The notes below the pieces were generated by a model. The model saw only the letters and a program-made list of their open reading frames with translations, was not told the origin of the DNA and ran no database searches. Below are positions 53,600 through 64,000 of a stretch of DNA of 64,000 nt, piece by piece; position 1 is the stretch's first letter; every line of letters begins with the position of its first letter. Origin of the DNA: Octopus vulgaris (taxonomy: Eukaryota); NCBI GenBank assembly GCA_951406725.2, contig OX597815.1:28086001-28150000 (forward strand), given 5' to 3'. A program made the translations under genes and the position numbers.

Positions 53600-54015
53600 A
53601 GGCGTAGGAGTGGCTGTGTGGTAAGTAATTTGCTTACGAACCACATGGTTCTCCGGGTTCAGTCCCACTGCGTGGTACCTTGAGCAAATGTCTTCTACTA
53701 TAGCCTCGGGCCAACCAAAGCCTTGTGAGCGGATTTGGTAGGCGGAAACTGAAAGAAGCCCGTTGTATATATGTATATATATATATATGTATGTATATGT
53801 GTATATGTTTGTGTGTCTGTGTTTGTCCCCCCAACATCACTTGACAACCAATGCTGGTGTGTTTACGTCCCCGTAACTTAGTGGTTCGGCAAAAGGGACC
53901 GATAGACTAAGTACTAGGCTTACAAAGAATAAGTCCTGGGGTCGATTTGCTCGACTAAAAGGTGGTGCTCCAGCATGGCCACAGTCAAATGACTGAAACA
54001 AGTGAAAGAATAAAG
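53600..54015 (+). mobile_element. tRNA-derived CORE-like SINE family B; other copies about 11605-12010(-), 18560-18930(-), 49915-50270(+), 59900-60300(-), 62735-63095(-), 63100-63512(-), 63783-63965(+)
   Basis: ggcg.aggagtggctgtgtggtaag head, ggttcagtccc B-box, ccttgggcaagtgtc CORE-like box, internal (TA/TG)n, and ccagcatggcc.cagtc tail. Confidence 0.88.
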
Positions 54016-54609
54016 AGTAATGCTTTTGCAATGAACAGGAGCATCACCAGAAAGAAACGAAAAATAACACAGGATAAAAGATTAAAAGATTAGGTGTAAC
54101 AGAAACAGTTTTCCACACATCCAAAAGACAGAATTGCATATACTAAACTGCATGTGGCACACATAGCTCTGTATGAGATGCAGTGAAAAACTTGCATACA
54201 ACTTGCATATAATGTAAAGGTATGCGAATATCTTTTTGATGAAAACCTAACACTAAATAAAATGTTTCACAGAAAATGAAAATGGCATCTAGGTAAATCT
54301 ATCATTCATCTTGCAGACTGTTGAGTTGCATTATGACCTTATTTTTAATAAATAGGTGCAAAACATGTAAGCCAATCCTATATATATGTATATGATGATG
54401 ATATGTGTGTGTGTGAGAAGAAAGATATAAAAGAATATACGCATACAAGTTTATAAATTACACCAAATTAACATCTTTTGAAATTGAAGAAGTGATTCAG
54501 TGCTTTCTCTATGAACTACATTTAGTGCAAATCAAACTATTACTGTTAATATTATTTGTAGTAAAAGGTGAAAAATTCATTTGCCCAATCCTGAGTGGTT
54601 AGTAGAGAA

Positions 54610-54651
<42 letters not shown>

Positions 54652-54654
<3 letters not shown>

Positions 54655-55005
54655 CTACTTCATTTTGGTTAATATAGAAAGGATTGAGGTAACTCCTCCT
54701 TTGACTATATCTTCAGGAGGAGTTACCTCAGTCCTTTTTATATAAACCAAAATGAAGTAGATTGACAAATTTATTTTTGAACCAGTTGAAGACATACAAG
54801 ATGTTGAAATATCATTCACTAGATAACAATGGCGCTCTTCTTTTAATTTTGACTCTATATCTTCTGGAGGAGTTACCTCAATCCTTTCTATATTAACCAA
54901 AATGAAGTAGATTGACAAATTATTTTTTGAACCAGTAGAAGACACACAAGATGTCGAAATATCGTTCACTAGATAACAATGGCACTCCTTTTAATTTTGA
55001 CTCTA
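54652..55005 (+). repeat. Two tandem ~150-bp units plus a ~48-bp inverted 5' copy, embedded in (ATT)n; PLE pLTR architecture with hammerhead-like folds
   Basis: Units at about 54701-54850 and 54851-55005. 54652-54699 is the reverse complement of 54866-54913. Hammerhead-like motifs at 54778-54818 and 54928-54968. Confidence 0.8.
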
Positions 55006-55021
55006 TTATTATTATTATTAC

Positions 55022-55066
<45 letters not shown>

Positions 55067-55074
55067 TATTATTA

Positions 55075-55105
<31 letters not shown>

Positions 55106-55122
55106 CATTATTATCATTATTA

Positions 55123-55171
<49 letters not shown>

Positions 55172-55172
55172 T
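55005..55172. repeat. (ATT/ATC)n microsatellite
   Basis: Directly visible. It is the source of the poly-I/N/L ORFs. Confidence 0.98.
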
Positions 55173-55463
55173 ATATGCTTGGCTTTTGCTTTGTATTTGT
55201 ACAAGTTGACTCCAAGACTCATCCACAGACCTAAAGAGACAACAAGTTAGAAGTTCAAGTTGGTGTTATGGCTAGAGTGCAATATTTTTGGCTTTGCACA
55301 AAATATTGTTCTAGAGAATGTGTGTGAAAACACAAGAAAATTAAAAGTTTGTTTTAAATGTAATATTATAAGAGGATAGTTTGATGCAGTAGAAGGTGTT
55401 TGCTATTATGTACATTTAAAAGTATTTTGACACTGTTTACAGATTAAAATGTTTTTGGGATTA

Positions 55464-55503
<40 letters not shown>

Positions 55504-55504
55504 G

Positions 55505-55985
55505 AGTGAGAGAGCAGTGTATGCCATCAAAATGACATTGGGGTAAAATATACGAAGCCTAGTATACTCATCATGATTACCTGTCTGATAAGGGTACACC
55601 AGGAACATGCATCACAATCATATGTGAGTGACATGGCGATCTCATATCAAGATAAACAGTACATGACCTTGCAAGTGGTGCCCAGTTAGAATTTTCTTCA
55701 GGTCGAGTAGCCCATCCCACTCAAAAGGTCCCTGAATAAGACTTGTTTAAGGATGTTGAACAAAATACCTATGTTTCCAGAGGTGAATTATTGAAACCCC
55801 AAAGAATTTCTCACAACACATGGCAAGACATCAATCTTGCATGAGATTTCCAGTTGCCTTAAGAAGTCTTGAAGTTTCAATGAGATTGAGCCCAATGCTC
55901 TGATCACCGCTGGTATCACTGGTACGTTACCCTCTTACATTCCATACAGTCTTGCCATTTCCACTTTCAATTCAGAGTACTTGGT
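55505..55985 (-). mobile_element. R4/Dong-like RLE LINE 3' remnant
   Basis: 55830-55985 (-) reads KYSELKVEMARLYGM..VPVIPAVIRALGSI, followed by a UTR-like segment ending at (AAT)n. Confidence 0.6.
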
Positions 55986-58900
55986 TATTATTATAATTAT
56001 TATTATCATCATCATCATCATCATCATTATTATTGTAACTATTATGCACTATATCATTTAACAGGGATGTTTTATTGTTATTATTGAGGGTGGTGGAGTG
56101 ATAGAGTTGTAAGATTTTAAGAAATATTTCTTGCGGTATTTGATCTGGCCCTTGACATTCTGTGTTCCAATCATGTTGAAGTCTATGTTGTATTTCATTC
56201 TTTCAGGATTGATAAAATAAAATACCTGTCTAGTACTGGCACAAGGCAGGTTGATGTAATCAACAAACCATGCTGGCCTTGTGCCTAAATTAGAAATGAT
56301 TAGCAATATTATCATTTAGGGAAGTGAATTGGTAGAATTTTTAGAATGTTGGACAAAATGTTTTGGAGGTTTGTTCATATTCTTTGCTCAAATTCCATTA
56401 AGATCAATTCGTGAGGTCGATAAAATGTAGTACCAGTTGAGTGCAATTATCTCTCTCCCTTTAGCTGTGAGGTCTTGAATATTCTGTGGTCCCTAGGGTG
56501 AGAGGGTCAACAAGGTGTCAATGTCTGTAACTACATGGACACCTAAAAACACTAATGAAAGGCATAAGGCATGTTGATCCCCAGTCCTGTTTGATTGTAA
56601 GTGATGGTCACAGAATTGTTCTTCTTGTTATTGTTTGCTGAGTATGCACTTGTTTATAGAGTTCCACTTAGAAGGTGATTTCTTCCAGGATTACATGATG
56701 GGAAATAAAATTTCATTTTTATCAACTAAAAAATTTAGTTTATCATTCTTTCCCAGAACTATACCTATTTCTTTAATACCCAAAGGGGCTAAACACAGAG
56801 AGGACAAACAAGGACAGACAAATGGATTAAGTCAATTATATCGACCCCAGTGCGTAACTGGTACTTATTTAATCAACCCCGAAAGGATGAAAGGCAAAGT
56901 TGACCTCGGTGGAATTTGAACTCAGAACATAATGGCAGACGAAATACCTATTTCTTTACTACTCACAAGGGGCTAAACACAGAGAGTACAAACAAGGACA
57001 GACAAACGGATTAAGTCAATTATATTGACCCCAGTGCGTAACAGGTACTTATTTAATCAACCCTGAAAGGATGAAAGGCAAAGTTGACCTCGGTGGAATT
57101 TGAACTCAGAAGGTAGTGGCAGACAAAATACTGCTAAGCATTTCGCCCGGTGTGCTAATGTTTCTGCCAGCTTGCCGCCTTTCATTCCCAGAACTATACC
57201 TTCCTAAAATTCCCTTCTTGTCTGTAATTTCTTATAAACACAAACCTACAATGATTTAAGCTGAACATTAGATGCACCAACTATTAGTTAGCTCAATGTG
57301 TTTCAGGTTCTTTCTAAGAGGACCTAAAAAGTATAATGTTTATTGCTCCACTTTCTCTTAATATGTTAGTGTGTTAAGTCGATGCTGTATATCATTTTCT
57401 ATAGCTTCAAGTTTTAGAAAAAGCTATTTTCTATAGCCATAACTAGTGAATGAAAGTGGATTTATGGAAACTGTATAAAAGCCCAGGGTTGATGGAAACT
57501 GTATTTATATTTCAAATGGTCTACTTTGTCACAGGCTGCAGCCATGCTGATTCTGCCAGAACATTACATTAAGGGTACATACACCTATGATATACTCAGC
57601 CACTTCAAGAACATAAATGCAGTTGGCTGAACAACTGAATCCTCATTGTCAAATAACAGGATTCCATCACCATGACTACCAAAGAAAGCCTAAAATACTC
57701 TGTGAATTGTTCCTCTTTTGAAACTAGTTATGCTAGTGAGAGAAATTCAATCTAGATGAGGCTAAAAATAATATGATTATTGCCTCTATACTTAGATTTG
57801 ATTAATAAACTAAATATATTTCATTATGGTTGCTGCAAATTGAAAAAAAGCAAGGAGAACTTTTATCACTTATATCATAATAATTCTCCATCCTGTGTTT
57901 TCATTCTTTTATTCGTTCACGCTACATAAATTCTAAATGGTTGTTTTCAACTGAGGAAACCATCTTGCAAGAATTAAATTCATCAGAGATGATGTAGATT
58001 GAACCATAAATAATAAGCAAGTCAAATGTACTCTACCTAATTCTGGGTTTTATTTTAGATCATCCGTTCCTTCTAGAGTATATTTAGCTGCTTCACAGCA
58101 GGCTAATTTTTTAAAATTGCCTTCAGTTACCCAGATATTTACAGTATATATTTCTAATAGTTTGAACTCTTAACCTAAAGAATTCACACAGAATCCTGCC
58201 TTTTACTTTTCCTGAGATAAATCAATGCATTAGCAATTTTAAGCTGGGGATTAGAGATAATATCAAAAGATTGCTCTTCAAACAAATAACATATAATATT
58301 TACTGACTTTATATATATTAAATTATATACACTGATTTTAGTAGGTGAAGAAGAGGAAACAATTTTTTTTCTCCCAGCAATTACAAATTATGAAAGAAAA
58401 AAATGTTCTTATTTTAATGTGAAATTTTTATAAAATATCTATATATAAACAAAGCAAATTGAAGCTAGTAGATACAAACAGCATACAAAAAAAATACAAA
58501 AAACAAAATGGGCGCCAGATGGTCTTGTATTTACTTTTTATGATATGTTTTTTGTCTTTTTGCTCACTTGGATTTTTTATGAATGTAAATATATTCATTG
58601 TAGAATCTGAGGATAAACTCAGATTAATTTAACTAAATTCAATTTTTTAAAGTTTCTTTTCATTAATATAGAGTAGAAACCAAAGTGTCACCATGTTTCT
58701 TTCCATTCTTTCATTCAAAGCCATTTAAAAAAATCTTTAACCTCTTTACTATTGTCAGGCAAATACAAAACACATGTTTACAACAAAATAGTTGCACTGT
58801 TTGTTGTTTCAGTAGAATCAAACTTGGAATTTGGTTCTCTAACCACTTTGGATAAATTACAACAAACTGAGGCTGCCATGACAACTGAATGCAAGCATGG

Positions 58901-61149
58901 CTGTGTGGCTAACAAGTTTTCTTTTGCAACAACATAACACCAGGTTCAATCACACAGCACAAATCATTAGATAAAGGTCTTTTATCCTAGCCTAGAATAG
59001 TTAAATACTGTATTTGATGGCATATAATATGCACTTCTTTCTCAAACAAATATCTCAAAAAAATCATCTGGGCCTCCTGTAATCTTTAATGAACTAAAAC
59101 ATTTTCCTGAATATGCATTGCTGAAATTAGGGTTTGTCTAACAGACTCATGCATCTTTTATGTTGTCAAATATGGTACTTTGTGACTGAAATTTGGTTGT
59201 CAGAAATATATATATGGAAGCCTGTTAAAGGGATCATTCTAATCCTTAGGTGCTAGGTACAGTCAGTTTTCCAATTCAATACCACCATCTGAGCCTTAGG
59301 TGTCTTTAGAATAGTCCATTCTGTTGCAAGCATTTGAGCCAGGTCTCAGTCTGAGGACAACATCTTCCTTTCTTTCCCACCAGCCTCATATGGGCTAAAA
59401 AGTGGCATGGGTACTGTCTTTCCTCCCCTGACTATGCTATTAAAAAGAACAAGAACAAAAATAAAAAATAAAAATGGGATTTCCAGTTGCCTTAAGAAGT
59501 TTTGAAGTTTCAATGTGAATTGTTCCTCTTTTAAAACTAGTTATGCTAGTGAGAGAAATTCAATCTAGATGAGGCTAAAAATAATATGATTATTGCCACT
59601 TTACTTAGATTTGATTAATAAAATAAAAATATAAATATAACTAAGCCTGATAACTATGAGATAATCTTGTAGTCAAATATTGGTTATACCAAAACAGATG
59701 TAACCCACACAATGTCTGCTTGTCAGAACATATAATATAATCTCAAACTCAAAATTTATGACACGTCGATACTGTGGTTACAACAACCACTTTTATCTCT
59801 CAAAGAACTTGAAATATTCTACTTATAGTTCAATATTTTTGAGATTAAATATGATTAGAAAAAAATAAATATTGTGTAGGTTTCTTTATCTTTTTATAAC
59901 TTTTACTTGTTTCACTCATTAGACTGTGGTCAAGCTGGGGCACCACCTTCAATTTTTAGTTGAATGAATCGATCCCAATATTTATTTTTAAGCCTGGTAC
60001 TTATTATATCGGACTCTTTTGCTGAACCACTAAGTTATGGGGGATGCAAACACACCAGTACTGTTTGTCAAGTGGTGATGGTGAGATAAACACAAACAAA
60101 AGGACACACACATAGGTACACACACACACACACACACATGATGGGCTTCTTTCAGTTTCTGCCTACCAAATCCACTCACAAGGATTTGGATAGCCTGAGT
60201 CTATAGTAGAAAACACTTGCCCAAAGTGCCATAGAGTGGGACTAAATCCAGAATCATGTGGGTGAGAAGCAAGCTTTTTACCACACAGCCATGCCTGCAC
60301 CTATTTGAATAATTCTCATATTTTTTCACTTACTGCTCTAATCTACTTTCCTTTACAGAAAAATAAAATCTCATAAAGTTATAAACTTAACTTTTCAGTA
60401 AAACAATTGATTGTTACATTTTTGCCTGTAACTATGAGAAGAATTATTGAAGTTTGGATTTGGTTAAGCATTGGTTAGCATTACTATTGATGGCATCTAT
60501 TCTCTCTCTTTTAGACCAATGCTGCAGGCTAACAACTTGCCAGTTACACAATGTTTACACAAGCTAACCAGGAAACTGCTCCATACATGGTCATCTGACA
60601 TGCTAGAAGAAGTAGCCAAATGCCTCTTAAATCATACACACACACAATATAATCTTTAAAAAATGAATGAATACATTGTAATCTGGGTTGTGCCGGTGAC
60701 AAATAAAAAGCACCATCTGAACATGGCAGATACCATCGCCGCCTGACTGGCGTCTGTGTTGGTGACACATAAAAGCACCAACTGATCGTGGCCGTTTGTC
60801 AGCCTCATCTGGCCCCTGTGCCGGTGGCACGTAAAAAGCACCCACTACACTCACGGAGTGGTTGGCATTAAAAAGGGCATCCAGCTGTAGAAACGCTGCC
60901 AGATCAGACTGGAGCCTGGTGCAGCCTCCTGGCTTCCCAGACCCTAGTCGAACCATCCAACCATCCAAGAATTGTACCTTCAAATGGGACATAGGATATG
61001 AACACTCAGTCTTGTCCTCTAAAAAAACAAATACAGATAGTGAAATGTTTCATTTCTTAGCTAATGGAAACACTTTCTTGAATATAAATCCTTTGCTTAT
61101 TGCTGCATTCATCATTCATTGTTCGACTGTGGTCGACACAATGGAATTT

Positions 61150-61500
61150 ACTATGTTACGTCAGACTTCACGGAGGTCCTGTTGCTGGATGCCTGAATCC
61201 CTGGAGATTACATCAGGGTAGGAGAGTGTGCGCCCTCTGGTATTGCGAGCAGATGGCTTCCAGAAGAGAAGAGTAGAAATTACCTCGTTTTCAGCTCTAC
61301 AACAATGTCCAGCAAACTGGACTCTCTTACCTTTCACAAGAGATGATACAGGTGGTAATTTCCCGTATATTTGTTCTTTGGTTGGATGACGCTTCCACGA
61401 GAGATTTTGAGCTCTCATAAGGAGGCGAGTGTAAGTTCCATCCAACTGCCTCTTAAGCTTCTTTGATAACGTCCAGGTTTCTGAGCCATATAGTAGAATT
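61150..61500 (-). mobile_element. RTE-clade LINE 3' coding fragment
   Basis: ILLYGSETWTLSKKLKRQLDGTYTRLLMRAQNLSW..QFAGHCCRA. Confidence 0.85.
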
Positions 61501-62218
61501 ACTGCTGCACCACCACCACCACCATCACCAACATTACTCAACATTCATGTTCCATGCTGTAATGGGAAGGGACTGAAAACCTGGCAGGAATGCTTGCAAC
61601 AAAGTGGACTCTGCTAAAGGCATCTAAGGTGACAGGTGGTGGTGTTAAGTTAGGTGACAGGTGAAGTTTATCATTCAAGTATGCCTTGGTGGGATTTGAA
61701 CTCAGAATGCAAAGAAGTGGAACAACTACCAGAAGATATTTAGTTTGACTTTCTTACAGTTCTGCCAAATCATTGCCCTTGATTGGTATTTTTTTTTTTT
61801 TAGTGATCACAAAAGGATTTAAGGCAATGTCGATACTGGTAGGATTTGGCTGGAAGTGTGGAAAGTGTCAAGACAAATTTCGCGATGCATTTTGTAGGAT
61901 GCTTTAATAACTCTACCAATTCACAGCTCTACACACACATGAACACAGGGACACACACACAAACACAGGCACACACATCAACACATGACCACAGGCACAC
62001 ACACACACGGGCATATACACATACACATTTGGACTCATACACACACACACACATATGGAAAAGGCATAACTATTCAAGGCAAATTGGTCTGATAAGATAC
62101 TGAAACATTAAAATAAATACAGAAATTTTAGGTAAATGTTCTTTTTTTATACATATATATATATATAAGCAAAACATTTAGTTTCTTTATGAAAAGTAAT
62201 AGAAGATATATTTCTTAC

Positions 62219-62310
62219 TTTTTGCCCCTTTCTTTCTTATATGTTCCGCCATACTTCTGTCTCCGGCCAATAATCTCAGCGATTTCAGGAATAAAGCTTG
62301 TAAATATACC
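62219..62310 (-). CDS. KCNMA1 (slo1): Slo1/BK channel exon: end of S6 and C-linker ([31 protein letters not shown]), 92 nt, phase 0-2
   Basis: Manual minus-strand translation matches Slo1 [24 protein letters not shown]. Acceptor cctag at 62311-62312, donor gtaaga at 62218. Not in the ORF track. Confidence 0.96.
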
Positions 62311-63302
62311 CTAGGATATTTAAAGAATAAATAAATAGCAATTAAGTTTTATTACAATAGAATATAAAAACATATCAATTTCTCATAGTTTATATCTTGA
62401 GATGTTATGAAACTGTTAATCTTGACAAAATGGAGTTTTATAAAATATCATAAATATTTATCTCACTTATCTTTTGAGTTAGATATAAAACTGGTAATCT
62501 GTTTTGCTTATCTAAGCAATTTATTTTGAATGATTGATGCTGAAAATTGTTTGAATTCCTTATATTTTGAATTTTTCAGTTTGCTGGGAAGCTTTTTTGA
62601 AACAGAAATATCATATGAAATAAAACATATGATATTTAATATAAAACTGATTCATATCTATATTTTCACGAATATTTCATTCAAATAGAAAGAATTTTCT
62701 TTCTCCACCTACTCATCCATCATATATTCTTTTATTTTTTGCTTGGTTCAGTTTTTGTACTACAGTCATGTTGTAGCACTGCCTCAAAGCGTTTAGTCAA
62801 ACATATGAACCCCAGCACTTATTTTTAAGGCTTGTACTTATTCTGTCAGTCTCTTTTTGCAAAGTTATGGGGATATAAACAAACCAACACTGGTTGTCAA
62901 GCAGTGCTGGGGACAGACACAAATACAAAAGCCATGCACACATGTATGTGTGTGTATGACAGGCTTCTTTCATTTTCCGTCTACCAAATCCAAACCCAGT
63001 GCTATTGTAGAAGACACTTACCCAGAGTGTCAAATAGTGAGACTGAACCCCAAACCATGTGGTTGGGAAATAAACGTCTTACTACACAGCCATGCTTACT
63101 CTTTACTCGTTTCAGTCATTTGACTGCAGCCATGCTGGAGCACCGACTTTAGTCGAGCAAATCGACCCCAGGACTTATTCTTTGTAAGCCCAGTACTTAT
63201 TCTATCAGTCTCTTTTGCCGAATCACTAAGTGACGGGGACGTAAACACACCAGCATCGGTTGTCAAGCAATGCTAGGGGGACAAACACAGACACACACAT
63301 AC

Positions 63303-63345
<43 letters not shown>

Positions 63346-64000
63346 TACGACAGGCTTCTTTCAGTTTCCGTCTACCAAATCCACTCACAAGGCATTGGTC
63401 AGCCTGAGGCTATAGCAGAAGACACTTGCCCAAGATGCCACGCAGTGGGACTGAACCCGGAACCATGTGGTTGGTAAGCAAGCTACTTACCACACAGCCA
63501 CTCCTGCGCCTTGTCAATGTTTTTAGTTTCTTTTTTTTATTTAGTGTTAAAATAACTCATTCAAATTTTGGGGAAAGTTAGTCAATTACATCAACTTCAC
63601 TGCTTAACTAGTAATTATTTTATCGACCCAGAAAGAATGAAAGGCAAAGTTGACCTTAGCAGAAACTGAAATCGGAATGTAGACATTTACAAGAAATTCT
63701 GTAAAGCCTTCTTTCTGATTCTCTAACAATCCTACCAACTCAATGGCTTTTTAATGTTAAAATAATACTAAGAAGTTGCGGATAGGTGCAGGCATGGCTG
63801 TGTGGTAAGAAGCTTGCTTCCCAACCACATGGTTCCAGGTTCAGTACCACTGCATGACACATTGGTCAAGTGTCTTTTACTATAACTTTGGACTGGCCAA
63901 AGCTTTGTGAGTGGATTTGGTAGACAGAAACTGAAAGAAGCCTTTCGTATATATGTGTGTGTATGTGTATATATATATATATATATTATATTCGGTGAAA

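Noticed and set aside
54920-55250. Poly-I/N/L ORFs, and likewise the YI, ER/LS, HT/CV and poly-H/D ORFs throughout the track
   Set aside because: They are translations of microsatellites.

Overview
Eukaryotic, AT-rich, repeat-dense genomic DNA. The SINE families, Penelope/RTE content and microsatellite density suggest an octopus (coleoid cephalopod); this is an inference. The whole window lies inside one minus-strand gene, the BK / Slo1 (KCNMA1, slowpoke) Ca2+-activated K+ channel. Nine GT-AG exons, phase-compatible with each other, run from the end of S6 through RCK1 and the CxxCH heme motif into the RCK1-RCK2 linker. The introns (about 1.9-24 kb) are filled with tRNA-derived SINEs, RTE/CR1/HERO/R4 LINE debris, a dead full-length mariner, a Tc2/pogo-like element and several Penelope-like elements (PLEs). 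Highlights: (i) type I hammerhead ribozyme folds in the PLE pseudo-LTRs, one with an intact catalytic core in the sense of the Slo1 pre-mRNA, one behind a tRNA-like Pol III head, and a tandem pair with a non-canonical CAGUNGA core; (ii) a genomic Thr codon at the conserved S6 Ala, which one A-to-I edit would restore; (iii) candidate extra cassette or terminal exons in RCK1; (iv) long fold-back hairpins and patchwork insertions copied from nearby DNA at (TA)n or A-rich sites. Almost all entries in the supplied ORF track are spurious.
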